Assembly (NCBI GenBank): GCA_028023455.1
Contig: JAQFVV010000008.1
Location: 5,890,001 to 5,954,000 of the forward strand
Direction: 5' to 3'
Source: Epiperipatus broadwayi
Lineage: Eukaryota; Animalia; Onychophora
DNA: 64,000 nt
The notes under the pieces were generated by a model. It was not told the DNA's origin and did no database searches. It saw only the letters and a list, made by a program, of their open reading frames with translations. This document shows positions 39,288 through 53,646 of this stretch, piece by piece. Within the stretch, counting starts at the first letter, position 1. Each line of letters opens with the position of its first letter. Position numbers and translations under genes: made by a program.

Positions 39288-42102
39288 ATCTAAATAACAA
39301 TAACACTTTCATTTACAGATACTAACCAAAACAACTATTTAATAATATCTATAACTTTAGGATTACACCAATAATAATAAATAAATTGCTAAATTAACAT
39401 TAAACTAATAATTTATAAAACAGTTTTATGACTCAACCATATATTTATAAATAATAAACGCAATAATCATTTACTGGTAATCAAATCACGTATTATTGAT
39501 CAAAATATAATATTGTATGATTTAATCTTTAGACACATTAATTACTTTTAGCATTAACCCATAATTTTATATTTTCAAACAAACATTAGAAATTGTCTTA
39601 TTAAGTTTTATCTAACTGAAATAAAACAGCAATCAGGATTTAATCTTATTAAGAAAATTTTATTACATTGTTATGATCTTATAATTTTATAAGATTTAGA
39701 CTAACTTTAATATATATATAGATGAGTTTAAATAATATGAATTTCTATAATGCTCTGAACATAAAATATTTTTTTATATTTAAATTTCAGATATTTATCT
39801 GTGTACATAAATTTTAAATAAATTAACAAGTAAACTGAATATTACTTTTATTAAATTATAAATCATAAACGACAGACATTTGATTTATTAAGTTTTAATT
39901 TTTTATTTGAACTCTTCTGATAAAACATCCAATAAATAAAATTTATATGAAAATTTGAATATGCTGTGAACTTGAATATGACATTGTGATACTTAAGATT
40001 CCATAAAAAACGACATCAATCATTTAGTTAAAATCAAAAACGTATATTTATTTATAACAACATTTTCTATTATATATTACAATTAAGCTATTTCTTACAA
40101 TTTATATTATTATTATAACATATTTACATTCATACATCAGAATAAACAAATAAATAAATACAATCATCCTTTCATTGGTTTCCTCATATCAGTATCATTT
40201 GATGAATTAAACAAAAATAAACTATTATTTACTATTATTAACATTCCGGTTCATATAAAAAAAATTTTTTTTAATTCTTACTCATATTTCAATAAAGTTT
40301 AGCAACTACATTATACCAAAAATGCTTAGTGGTAGATTATTTAACATTTATTTTTCTTAAATTTATTCAAATACAAAATAGTTCAGATTTATAATTATTA
40401 TAATAATGGATTTAAAAACTTGATAAAGGATGGGAAAAATACCTTGAGCAATGCTTAAAATACTTACCAAGAAAACAAACGATTAAAATCTGGAGAGGAG
40501 CAGTACCTACAGCATGCGAAATATAGCAGTAAATAAGTTATGAAAAGAAGATATACAATGGACAAAGGCATAATAGCAACCAGCCAAAGATAAAATTAAG
40601 ACTGACTAATAAGCAACAAAATGTGACACCCAATTACTAACACCCACTTATTAAGCTTAATATAAGGACATATAATTTATTAAAGTAATGTATAAAAAAA
40701 TGTAAGTAACCAAAAACAAAAAAAAGATTGGAAAATAACAAAACCTTGTAAATATATATATATGCACAATTAGCTTGAAAGGCTGATATTCGAATGTAAA
40801 TAATGTCTTTTAATAAAAGTAAATATTTAAAATAAAAAATAATAATACCTTATTATTTACTAATATTGTTTATGCAATATAAATAAGATACTTTAAATAA
40901 ATTCCTGAATCAAGAATATTTACTTTTAAATCTTATACATTCATCTATAACAATTGTCTAATATACTCCTTTTACAATCTTCATTATAAATGATCTCATA
41001 CTATCATTATGACAATATCTTGTTCTTCTCTTTTATAAAAATGTATGTGTATTTAAATGTTTTGCATATGGTCATTTCTCACTCTTTAAGCTATTATTAC
41101 CAACTATAGAAAGAAAAACTGTACTCTTCTACATATCACTTACAAATCATGCTTATCTATAATTCGCCATTACAGATATCATTTAGGATAAGAAACTAAT
41201 TTAAAAAACATTACATTGTAAAAATGGAGGCAACTAACATTTATTCTTCAACCATTATAACCTTGGGTAGTCATTATTATTTCAATGATCTTATCATTAA
41301 AAAATTGGCTTTTCTCTGAAGCACTTATGGAATAGGGTAGTTATCTTTCTTATAAGATCCTCACAAATCTCCTAAGATAATAAGAGCATCCTTTGGATCA
41401 AACCCATCACATGCAACATGAGTTCTTCATGGTGACACTTCACTATCTTGGCATTTTAAACTTATCCAGTCTACATTTATTAACCTACAGCATCAGCATA
41501 GATTATATTTCCAATACAAGTATATAACTTTTATCTTCCTTGCTTTTATAAATCTTTAATTGTAATAGATCATTTGTTAAAACAAATAACTTTTATCATA
41601 TGACAAATGTTATATTGTATATTTAATACTTTACAATATTTGAGATCAAGGTTCAAACTAAAAAACATGACATTCATTTATATTCCATACATCACTTAGA
41701 ATATTATAATATCTTATACATTTATATTTTATTTTAGAAATAAATATACATTTTTCTTGATTCATAATTATTTATTATGTACAATGATAATGTATTCAAT
41801 AAATTAATAATCTAATATATACCACCTTTTCTTATGAATAAAAAAAATACCTTGTTACCTATTAAAATATATAATAATAAAAATTACCAAAATTACCATT
41901 TACCAGTTCTTCAAATTTCTGGATATCCATGAGACAATTTATGTACATCCATGAGACAATTTATGTAAAACATATACATATAAACATAGGATATATCTTT
42001 AATTTTAAAGTCTTAAAATTTAATATCATATTAAAATTATTTCAATATTAAAAACAACATTAATAAACATATATTGCTTAACTATTTTCCTTATTGTCCT
42101 AA

Positions 42103-42134
<32 letters not shown>

Positions 42135-43971
42135 TATAAATACATAATATTAATATTAAAAAAAATTTAGATTGAAAACTTTTTCAAGCATTTTTTTTTA
42201 AAACTTCCCAAACACTAAACAGTTATCAGAATGACGATGGTCAGTGGTTTCAACTTCTTCTCCTGTTGATGTTTTCTCTCATTCTTCCAATTTGCATAAT
42301 TATTGGTTAAAAAAATACATTTTAAAGAAAATAAATACATATACACAACTAATAAATGTTTCTAAATCTCCTTAGTGTTCTTCAATGGTCATTACAGGAT
42401 CCTCAATTGGAATTTAGTGCACTTCAAATCTTGAAAAACATAATTATTTTAAAGTATTTCCAAAAATATTCCTTATTATTTTATAATATTAGTTATCCAT
42501 TAGAGACATATATCACATAACTAGTTTCTCCTGTAATAATTATTAAATTTGAACTTTTTATCTGTTCATTTTTTCTTTTCTGTAAGTCATATTCACTTAT
42601 ATCTATTCTTGTTTTTTAAACTATCATAGTTTACATTCTTCTTTGATATTATTTATCAAAATAAATAATTCCTTTTAAAAAAAATTATCATAATGTTTCA
42701 GCTCATCTTAAGATATACATATTATTTAATATAAGCAATATTTTTCATTTTCTATTTTAGCATTATATAAAAATATCCATTACTCTTGAAAATTTATTCA
42801 TAGTTGTTAAAAGTACATGTTAATTATTCAACCATTTGGTTTTACTTTTTTTTCAGCATGCAAGTTATTCTATCAAAATATTTTTTTTAAAAAAATAAGT
42901 TCATAATTATTATTAGATAGCTAACTTAAAGTTCTATTAAGTGTTTTAACAATTTTATAACATCTGTTCTTTTTAAATAAATACAGGTTCCTTAATAAAT
43001 TAGTTATTAGAATCATTAAAAATAAAAAGATATCAAAACACATTCTTTAGCAACTATATTTGTAAACTAGTTGAATTTGTTGACAACCAACTTCTAATTT
43101 TCTTGATAATAATAGTCTTGTTCCTTTGCACTCTTAGTAGTAATTATTGTTTGACTATAATTTAACATTAAGACAAGATTAGTTCCTAGCAAAGAATAGT
43201 TTATTTATTCCATAATTACTTTATAATCTTTTTTAAACATATTGTATATATACAATTACCCAGCTTGTTAAAGATAACTTTTAAATTATTTTAAAATAAA
43301 ACAATAAAATTTTTAAATTTTATGGAACTAACAAAAATAGGTTAATTAATTTCTACTGTTTCTTGAATTCTCTCCAAATTCATCTGCTCATCCCTTTTCA
43401 TATTGTAGACAGTATGATATCAGACTATTAATTAAATCAATTTCATTGGACATCTATTTTTAATTAACTGAAAAGTTTTTGAATAAATTAATTTACTCTA
43501 CAATTTGTACAACAATAACAAAAAATAATAATAAAATGAACTAATATTTAAATAATATATTTAATTACTCTTAAATTAAATATAATTATAATTTTTTACT
43601 GTTTGTAATAATTATTTATTCAAATTTAAATTATATAACTAATAATTATATTAAAAGATAAACTTATTACTATTTAAAAATTATAATATTAAATAATTTA
43701 ATATTCTAGTTGCAATAAAAAATATATAATTTCCAACAAGGAAGTAAAATTCATTTATTCTTGTTAAATAAGATTCTGCAACTGCACACACATTTTTTAA
43801 GAGTCACTATAAAAAAAATTAAATAAATATTCCTATTATAACTATTATAAAGTTTGATGAATATTATAAAATTTTGATAAATATAATTTAGATTTATTTA
43901 CTATTATTAATACTTGTAATACGCTTTAAACATATATAGGTGAAGTTAATAAAATTTTCACAAATAACATT

Positions 43972-44015
43972 TAGCTTAGCGCTTTTGGAGTATATTTACT
44001 CCATATTCATAGCCA
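43972..44015 (-). ncRNA. Hammerhead A3-U8 variant (G12A lesion)
   Basis: tggct-ATGAATA-t-ggagt(aaatat)actcc-AAAA-gcgc-TA-agcta, with helix III palindrome AGCGCT. Confidence 0.68.
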
Positions 44016-45300
44016 TTATTATGTGTTAAATGTAATGAATGCAAATTTATGCAAATCATTATCCTGTTCATTTTTTCAACATCATAAAGCAGGCATCCCT
44101 TCGATTGATTGTGTTTGGATTGTTCGCAATGAGATACGCTTAAATTACAATTAAAATAAATATGATATTTAAAGAATGTATGCCTATTATAAAAGATGTC
44201 TGCTAGATTAATCATCAGAATCTTTTAGTTATATTATATAAATTAAACTTTTAATAAAATATACAAATTAAAAATTAATATTGATATAATTATGTACTTC
44301 ATTAATTTGAAATTTTTACCATTATGTGAAATCAAAATTATTTTTTAAATAGATATCAAAGTGAAAGGTTACAATATATATATAATGTAAAACAGAGTTC
44401 TGAATTATTTTCTAGTTACATCATTACATAATATAAGGTTATATAATAATCTTCTGATTTATAAACTGTAACAAAACAAGCCAAATCTCAACTCAATGCA
44501 AATCTAAACTTAAGTAACCTAATTATATAGTACTAAACATTTGAATGTACAAGTCAACAAAGTCCTCAATTTTTATTTTCTTTAGCATGATGTGAACATT
44601 TCTTATGGTGTATCATATTACTAATTTTCATTTATTAAAACATATTGCCATGGTTAATATTAAGTCTGCTTATAAAGAAAAATTCAGGTCAATTTATGGA
44701 AAAAAACAAAGGACATATTATTTATATAAATTGAGGACCATCTGAATAAATCCACAGAGTCAGTTTCAAATAGTCATCTTCATTAGAAACTATAAGTATC
44801 AGTCTTTAATGTAATAATTTATATAATTGATTATTATATATATGTGTGTATTAAATGAAATCTTTTCATAGATTTATTATGATGTAAATAATAGACATTA
44901 AGATTATATTCATGTAAGCAATCAGAAACTACTTTACTTTTGATGGAATCTAGGAGACTATTGATTATTAATTGACAGTTCTAAGAATAAACAAGTTTTC
45001 TCTAGTAATCTATTGCAGGTTTTTGTCATGGATTTAAATAGCTATCTAGAGTTTTAATCCTTATAATAATTTGGTTTAAAAGTAAAACAGGATATCCTTT
45101 TTTTATTTAAAAGACAAAATAGCAACAGTAGGTTATTAGAAAAAACTTTGTAGCCATAGGACATAATTGGTAATTGATAATTTTCTAATAACATCAAAAG
45201 CAAAGTTATCTCTGATTATTTATATAAGATATACTCTTAATTTCCATTGTTTACATATGTACACAGTATTATTTTTGAGAATATGTACATTTTTTGTTAG

Positions 45301-45440
45301 GGTTAGTGTGGACAGAAATTAAACAGTTATGGGATGATGGATTATATGAATACATTCATGACATGTGGAATGTTTTGGATTTTATAACAAATTCTTTGTA
45401 CATAGCAACTATTGGACTCAGAGTAGTGGCATATCTACAA
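45301..45440 (+). CDS. TRPC-family channel, internal exon B: GLVWTEIKQLWDDGLYEYIHDMWNVLDFITNSLYIATIGLRVVAYLQ
   Basis: Acceptor ttgttag ends at 45300 and donor gtaagt starts at 45441. EIKQLW and WN.LDF.TNSLY are hallmark TRPC S2-S3 motifs. Confidence 0.96.
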
Positions 45441-45513
45441 GTAAGTATGTATATTTTAATTGGAATATTTTTGTATTTGTTATAATATATTTAATAACCC
45501 TATTTTTTTGCAG
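45441..45513 (+). other. Short intron (73 bp) of the TRPC gene
   Basis: gtaagt...ttttttgcag; phase 0 join LQ|VQKE. Confidence 0.95.
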
Positions 45514-45872
45514 GTACAGAAAGAAATATCAGAAAATAAATTTAGAGATGCATATGCACAACGGCAGTTTTGGGATGCTTATGATCCAACTTTGATTTCA
45601 GAAGGATTATTTGCCACTGCTAATATTTTCAGTTCATTAAAGCTAGTATATATCTTTTCCATCAATCCTCATTTGGGTCCATTACAAATCTCCCTTGGAA
45701 GGATGGTAATTGATATTATCAAGTTCTTCTTCTTCTTCATGTTGGTGCTCTTCTCTTTTGCTTGTGGCCTGAACCAGTTAATGTGGTACTATGCAGAACT
45801 CCGAGCCAATGAATGTCAAAGAGATGGGCCAACTAGTGAGGCTTGTGCTACTAAATACACAAGATTTTCCAA
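45514..45872 (+). CDS. TRPC-family channel, internal exon C: VQKE...[53 protein letters not shown]...GLNQLMWYY...RFS(N)
   Basis: Acceptor ttttgcag ends at 45513 and donor gtaag starts at 45873. Phase 0 start and phase 2 end (AA|, consistent with the conserved RFSN). Covers the S4-S5 region with the [14 protein letters not shown] motif. Confidence 0.97.
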
Positions 45873-48329
45873 GTAAGAATAAATTTTGTATATATATTTT
45901 AACAAAAAAAAATTGTTTGGTTCAAATTTTTATTTGGTAATTAATTGTTATCAACTAGTAATGAGGTCTAAGCAAAAGACAGACAGACAGACAAATAAAT
46001 AGAAAGGTAAACAAATAGACAAAAAATAGTTTGATAGATAATATATATTGTAATAGTATCAAACTGAGATCATGGTACCATAGTCGATATTACAAAGGCC
46101 ATACTAATAATTATTTTAAATAAACCAACTCAAAAGTATAAGTTAACGTAATGATAAAAATTTATTGTAAAAATAATTTGTTTCGTCATTACGAATTTTA
46201 ATTGTAAATAATTTCTATTATGAAATATAATTGTATTTATTGATTGAAATATAATTGTAAAATGATGAAGTTTTATGTATATGTTTCTATATAATGAAAA
46301 TATAGTATATCAGTTTTGTTTTTGGTATACTTAAAAATAATATATTGATTAATTTAAGTTAATTGAAGATAAGAAAAATATTTTAAATAACAACAAAAAA
46401 GTAAATATAAAATTTTATTTTGATATAATTATATCTATAATCCTTGTTTCGATTTATTTAGATTTTTTTTTTATTGTAGAAAAATAAATTAGTTGTATTA
46501 TATATATAAAGAATTTATTAGTAGTTATTTAGTAGATTAAATTGATTGAAATTGTAATTGGAGAAGGCTCCACTGCATTGTTATGAAAACGAGATAAATA
46601 GGCAGATAACAAGTCATATTCTTTTTTCCTGCATTTTGTTGCTGGACAGTGTTGGTTATGTTGCAGTCATCAGCATTTGGAGCAAATATTAGTAATTGAC
46701 TCTTCTTTGATGGCAATTAAAGGTAACTGAATTTCTTAATGAAATGAAATCCATAACAATGTGTTGTTTTAAAAAAAACCCAGTGTGTACCAGTTGGATT
46801 CTGGAACATGTAGCTCCCCTTAAAATATGATACTTTCTTGCCTGCATGAAGGGAGAGAGGAAGAGATGACTAAATCATAAGTCCTTTCTGTTACCCTGTC
46901 ATAATAAGCAGTATCCCTCTGCCTGTCATTCAAGAAATAAATAATAATTAATAATCCCACATATATGAATTGGTAATAATAAAAACTTTATAAGCATGCT
47001 ACTATGTAATCATAAAAACCAGATTGATTATTTTTATGTTAAGATAAAAATTGTCATTTTTTTTTTAATATAAACCCTTACTCTGTTTTTTTTTTTTAAA
47101 TAATTGAATCTAGAATGTATGAAAATTTTCTTTTATATTTATTTTAAATTTAATCTCAATTTACATTTGTATATTAGATGTGTGTTTAAATATATATACT
47201 CAAGTCTTTAATTTAAAAAAATGTATGTGTACTTGTTGTTAAAGTCTTTCTTGTGGGCGTGTGATTTGATCTTAGTTCAAGAAAGCAGTTTTAAATTTTA
47301 TAACTATTCCTTTGAGCTCATGCTTTCCATTGAGAAAGTAAGAAGCAACCAACAAAAAGAATGGATAGATATAAAATGCATTTTGGTCAAAGTACATCAT
47401 TTCTTAATTAAAATGGTTCTTATGTCTGAATAATTCATTATCCCATAAAAATGCTGTTCAGTTTTAGTTTTAGATTCAATAAAAGGAAGGTGGTCATCAT
47501 CAGTGATCTGTGTATTAGAATAATTCAAATAACCACATGACATTGCATATTTAAAATTATATATATTTAAAATTATAGATGCAACTGATTCATGTATTAA
47601 GATTTAGAAATCTGGATTGATATAGTGGGTACCATGGACCAGATTATATGATGATGATTTTGTTCCATAAAATGTAAGCAAAAAATTAAGTAAAGTGAAT
47701 AATAAATAAAACATACATTGTAATTAAATAAGCAGCTAGCACATAACTGATTTAAGCATAAATAACACCCTTCACCTCCTATGGTCAGATTTGTTTCCAT
47801 TACATAATGGATGCCCAACTAATGGGGCTTGAATCAGTTTGACATGTTCCAAGAAAATTAAAAAAACTCTGAGAATAATAAAGTTATTTTATAATTACTT
47901 TTACAATATATAAATGACAATTTAGTGAATGGAATGTTATCAAGTTATAAAGATAAATGAAAATTAAAATTTTAATTGTAAGTTTAATTAATTTGTTTTA
48001 ATTACATTATAGATAAAAAACAACTATAGAATAAAATGTTTCATTAAATATGTCTGCTTGTTTACTTTAATGGAATTAGAGATGAGATCAATATAGGATT
48101 GATCACTTCTCTTTCTATTTTTTTTTGTTTTTTAATGTATTTATAGATATTTTTGAAAGTGATATAAATTTCAAAAGAAAGAGATAATTTTTGAATTATT
48201 TTTATTTTCCTAATCAGACACATGTTGAATATTAAATCCTTTGAATAATTTGCTTTATTTCATTACTAATGTTAGTTTATATTATATTATTAAATCTTTT
48301 AGTAAAAGAATATATATATATATGGAAAA

Positions 48330-48440
48330 TAAAAGGGGGTTTTTTTTTTTTTTTCCCCCCCCCCCGGGGGGAGGAAACCCGGTTAAATGGGGGGGGGGGG
48401 AAAAGAAAGGGGGGTTTTCTTTTTTTTTTTTAAAAAAAAT
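48330..48440. other. Run of stacked homopolymers; probable low-quality sequence
   Basis: Adjacent G, T, C and A runs unlike the flanking sequence. Confidence 0.6.
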
Positions 48441-51329
48441 ACATTTTGGGTTGGACCCCACTTTTGGAATATTTTTATTGTGATGTGTCTCATGCCTGTG
48501 AGATCTCTAAAAAAATTGATGAATACAAAGTTTGAGGTATGAACTTTGTGTTAATTATACATGTATATTATATAAATATTGTTAAGTTGGTGTTTCATTT
48601 CTTTTCCTTTTCTCCATGAGAAAGGATATGAGATGGTTATTTGTCTCATGGCATACAACATAGTAGTGTGTGTGAACAAATATTTATAATGTTGAAAAGA
48701 AAAATAGAAATAAACACAAACAAATTTTTTGGAGATATTTATTGTATTACATTGGAATAAAGTAAAACATTTAAAAAAGTCTACTCAATGTTTTTTTCTC
48801 ATTTTGATCATTAAAAATAAAAAAGTATAAATATAAAATAAGCATGTTTTATGTTACAATAGACATACTGGCAATTATAAAAAAATTAATTAAGCTTATA
48901 TAACATATTTTGATAAAGATCCTACAAAAATGTTGTTGAAAGGATTAAGAAATACTTTTAGATAAAAATTTGGTATTTAATTAAGGTGAATTAAAAAAAA
49001 AAGTCAATAACATTTTTTAATCAAGTTAAAGAAAACTTATCTTTAATTATTGCATTTTTTAAAATTCCATGAGATACTTTAAAATGGATTTGAATCATTC
49101 ATGACATGACAGTTTTACAGCAACATTATTCCTGAAGGAAATAGATAGTATATTCAGCTGCTGTTAGTTCATAATAGAATTTGAATTCATATGGAAGAAC
49201 CAGTTTTTGTGCTTCAGAGTCCATATATATGTGTACTAGATGACCTGAAATCTATCAAATAATAAAGATTAAATAGAGATGACTGAATATCAACAGTACC
49301 TGATTTATACTGTTCCCAAAGATGTCAATAAGCCAGTCTACTATTTTTAGAATGGATCAGCTTATCAAGAGATTCCATCAGCTTGCTAGAAGGATTAGCA
49401 TGCTGACTTTTATGTATACTGATTAATCTATGTGCAAAGAAGCAGAAATGTATAATTACTGTTGGTCAAATATATATAACATGCATACAGTTGGTGAGTA
49501 GAATGTTTTATATATTAAAAACAAGATTATTTTAAATACTTTGCAGTTAAAATATTTAAATTGCAAGATTTAAAAGTAAATAACTTTTGCCTAAATTATT
49601 AAATGTTTCTAGTTTTATTTTATTAAAAAAGAAATTCCAAAAATCTTTCTAGATTGGACAAAAGAACTTGCTAGCATATTTTTAAAGACAGTTACAATTA
49701 ATAGTAATGTGAAAAAAGTAAAAAGACTTTTATGAAGGGCTGTCAAAGAAGTAATTTTTTTTTAAAAAAAAAGAACAAAACAATTCTTACTTACCATTAA
49801 AATAATGAATTAATTAATAACTTAATAACTTTGATCCATAGGGAAATAATAGTAATATGTGCATATGAGTATGATTTATGTATATAATTTTTTACATCAA
49901 AAATATAACAATATGAATTTATTAAGTTTATTTATTAACTAATGAAATATCATTAGGATATGAATGTCAGTGTTTACACACATTAGCATGGGCATCCATA
50001 TATATTAAAATCAGTCATCACTCACATATATGTTAAAATTAAGCATTTATGTATTATTAAAAATAAATTTAATTTTTTTTAAGTCTATGACAATTTAAAT
50101 ATATTCATTTTATATTATTATATACGTGTGTCTGTGTGCTTATCTATAGATGTGTTTTATGTAAATCTACTGAAATATATGTACATTACAATATAATAGC
50201 ATTTTTTATATTATTTTAATTGAAATCAGAATGCCAAATTACATTTATAGAGTACTTAGCAGACCTTAAATTCATTTATTATTAATAATAAATTTATATT
50301 TCATTAAATTATTCCAATGAATTTATTTAATCCTAAAATATAAACACTTATATGTAGTATTTCTCTTGCTCACAATAACAATTAGAGCTCTTGCTCACTG
50401 AGCTGGATTCATGCATAATGGTCAGTTATATAGATTGAGGTTTATGTTGTTATAGCCCACCAGTTGATGATGATTTCATCACTTTTTTGTAATGCTGAAT
50501 GTTGCAAAGGGATATTCTTTAAAGTTCATGCATTATATTTTATTTAGTTTTATTATTAGAAATTCAAGTTTATAATTGGCCAATAAATTAATGGTACTAA
50601 ATGGACAGGGCATTGATCATGATCAGCATGTTTCTGTATCCTAGCATTATTTTTTTAATTGTTATATTCTTGTGGATAAGCATTTAAGTTTATGCATCCA
50701 AATTATTTTTATATAAACTGCCCCAAGTTTGTCAAGGGCTAAATAATTAGCCTGGTCCATAGTGAACTACTTTCAAATTCAATCACAAGGTTGACTGTTG
50801 ATTATGAATGATTATTGTTCATCTATAATACTGCTGAACATATAGTTACTCTTTATTCTTGTTGATCTCTTATATTTGTTCATGGTTTGTATTTAATTTT
50901 ATATTTAAATTTTGTATTAACTGGGGTTGATGATGATGATTTCCATCAACCTATTAACTCCAGATTTCTTTATTCTGTTACAATATATATATATCACTAT
51001 ATTAATACTAAATAATAAAAAAATAGGAATAATTTAATGAAAATAGAGATAGATAAAGTTATATATAAAGGTAATTTGATAAAAATCAGGCAAATGGGAT
51101 TCAAACAGATAATAAGATAACTATAGAGGAATATGTAATGCAGGTGTGATATATAAAATGAGGGAGGATTGCATGTGAAAGAGAAGAACTGGCATGTTAA
51201 ATTCAAGATAGTAAGCAAAAGTTAATTATTAACTACAATTAGAAATAGTATAAAAAAGTTTTAGTTTTGATCATTTATGAATAAATGATATGATCTAATT
51301 TTTTTTTTAAAAAAAAAAAAAAAACAACA

Positions 51330-53000
51330 ACAATTCAATGTGGAGCCAACAAAGAAGCACAAAAGATGATATCAAAAGAGACATTAGAAATATTAGAGGG
51401 TATGAATTTACAAGACTTGGAAACACTCATGAGAAAATGTTCAAAAGAATGCAAATTAAAAATCAAGAGATAATAAAAAATATGCAAATTGAACTAAAAG
51501 AAATCAACTAAAGATAGATGAAGTGTTTTTATCAAATAAACAAAAAAGTGATGAAAGATTTTTAAAAAATAAATGAAAGATTAATGAAATGTTTTTAAGA
51601 AATCAACAAAATAATAATAAGCAGATTTTAGAAATCAACAAGAAATATTCAAAAGAATGCAAATTTAAAATCAAGAAATAATGGATAATATGCAAATTGA
51701 AACTAGAGAGATACAAATAGACAGTATATGGAAGAAAAGTTTGCAAAAATAGGGAAATGGCAATCCAAGTGCCTGAAAGAGGCAGCAAGAAATGGAAACT
51801 GATGATTGATAACTAAGCACTGATGTAGAAGATAATGTACAAAAAGTTGTGGATGGCAATGCAAGTGAAATATAGCCAGATGTGCAAGACATGATATAGT
51901 GAATGGAATGTTTGGAAGCCAAAAAGGCATTTACAAATATAATGATGATAAAATGGTGTTCAAAACCTAATAATGGAAAAAAATCAATGTTGGAAGAACA
52001 CACATGGTCAAACCCAAAAAGAGATGATGTAAATCAAAGAAATAATGGTTACCTCAATAGAGAAAGTAAAGGCAGATAATGATCCTTCAAATAAGTAAAT
52101 CATGGATGTAAAAGCCATAGAATGTTGATGCCTTCATTATAAATGATTATCTAAATAAAGAAATAAATAAAAATGTGCTAAGTAAAAGCTGAAATGTGTT
52201 GTAAAATGTGATGATGGAAAACAATCAAACAAGCAATTTATTCAACCAAATCTTAATATAAAGGTTGTAAGAAATTATGCAGATGAGTTATTAAGCTAAG
52301 AAACGAAATCTGAGATCCAAATGTTAAACAAATGGTTGATGAAGTAGGACAAAAAACTAAATATGGAAGTGCTTTGAATTTGTAAAGCGTACAAAAGAAA
52401 AACAAAAATTATATGATTTAATAATAACATAAGTTTAAAGCAAGTGATTATCCATGATAGATCATATGAATTATTATTTCCATATATCAGTGTTAGGATA
52501 GTAAAAGAGAGTTATAGAACTGGGAAAGAGAGAGCAGAAGATCCACTTCAATTTGAAAGAATTATGAATAATCAAGAGAGAGAAATAAAATTTTTAGGTT
52601 ATCCCAAATAAGGATATGTGTACAATTAAAAAATAACTGGAAAGAGGAAAACTTTGATTACATGAACAATAAAAGCCTATTTTTTGATGACCTGGATCTA
52701 AGAAAAGGATCGTGATTTTTGGAGATGAGATTATATAATGAAAAATTTACATATTGTTATAAAAAGTATAAAATTAAATATGATTTAGAAGAAAGCTATT
52801 AAAATGCTGTATAATGCACAAATACATCATTGAAAAAAAAAAAGATATTACCGACATTATTGAAAACTATAATGGAGCTGGATCAAAAATATTTTGCTAG
52901 AAGAGATGATATTATATAGACAGTTAAATTCTAAAGTGAACCCCAATAGTTTGTAAAAGATTGAAAAAGAGATCACATGTAAAATGGATGGATGAAGTAA
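51330..53000 (+). mobile_element. Decayed purine-rich coding remnant, possibly Gypsy Gag, with an internal ~65-bp duplication (~51435-51500 and ~51643-51710)
   Basis: Coiled-coil-like K/E/N-rich remnants and EDPLQF / EIKFL pieces. No LTR or PBS was confirmed. Confidence 0.35.
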
Positions 53001-53527
53001 AAAAATTTTACTGGATTGAAAAGATGCTAGAGGTCAGAGAAACTGGATTAAATTTGTAATACTGCAAAGAATTGATGTTATTTGAAATTGAAGATGATAA
53101 TGAGCAACTTAGCAAGCTTGTCAGACATATATTTCTTTTAATGCAACTAAACATAATTTCAACATTACATTAACAAATGTACCTATATGCATGTGTGTTT
53201 ATGTTGAAGTATGAACACTGCATGAAGATTCAGAAATTTGATATTTCTAGTCTAACTGACAAGTGAAAATTCTTATGCATAATGAGATGAGGTAGTTTTG
53301 AGATTTTGTTGTGAATGCTTGTAATATGAAGAATTCTATATGAGGAATGCATTGATTAAAAAAAACTAGAATATATACATATTAATTCACATAGGTATTA
53401 TTATTTTATAATTAAATAATTACTAAAGATTTACACAAATAATATTAAAGATTTATATAAGCTAAAACTTTTGTACATATACTTTTTTATAAGCATTTAT
53501 TTTTATATAGCACTATGTTTACAATTG

Positions 53528-53646
53528 TATTACATTCAAATATCAGCCTTTCAAATCTTGTATTGGAAGTGAAAGTATTCATTTATTATTAACACTCAAA
53601 AAGCGCATGCACAATTAGCTTGAAAGGCTGATATTTGAATGTAATA
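53528..53646. repeat. Perfect 27-bp inverted repeat within a repeat family that also has copies at 40762-40799 (+) and ~53940-54055 (inverted)
   Basis: tattacattcaaatatcagcctttcaa (53528-53554) pairs with 53620-53646. 40762-40799 matches 53607-53644 at 37 of 38 positions. Confidence 0.8.

Larger units (their letters stand above)
18323..45300 (+). other. Giant intron (26,978 bp) of the TRPC gene
   Basis: GT..AG ends, compatible phases and a contiguous TRPC peptide across the junction. No intervening TRPC exon was seen. Confidence 0.85.

Noticed and set aside
41280-41560. Possible LINE APE fragment (LIILGDL, minus strand); similar weak LINE-like traces near 14500-14950, 36140-36420 and 49060-49520
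   Set aside because: Only one short motif each, which is not enough to support a call.
46625-46680. Minus-strand CTGATGA-ctgca...tgcag-GAAA resembling a hammerhead
   Set aside because: Stem II opens with C-G instead of G-C, and no convincing helix III or stem I is present; probably chance.
48241-48483. 80-aa ORF rich in F/P/G; likewise 29593-29853 and the many 60-110 aa F/I/L/Y-rich ORFs
   Set aside because: They arise from homopolymers, microsatellites or AT-rich composition and show no protein similarity.
50730-50982. Possible LTR (TG...CA) upstream of the Gag-like remnant
   Set aside because: No PBS, no second LTR and no TSD were found.
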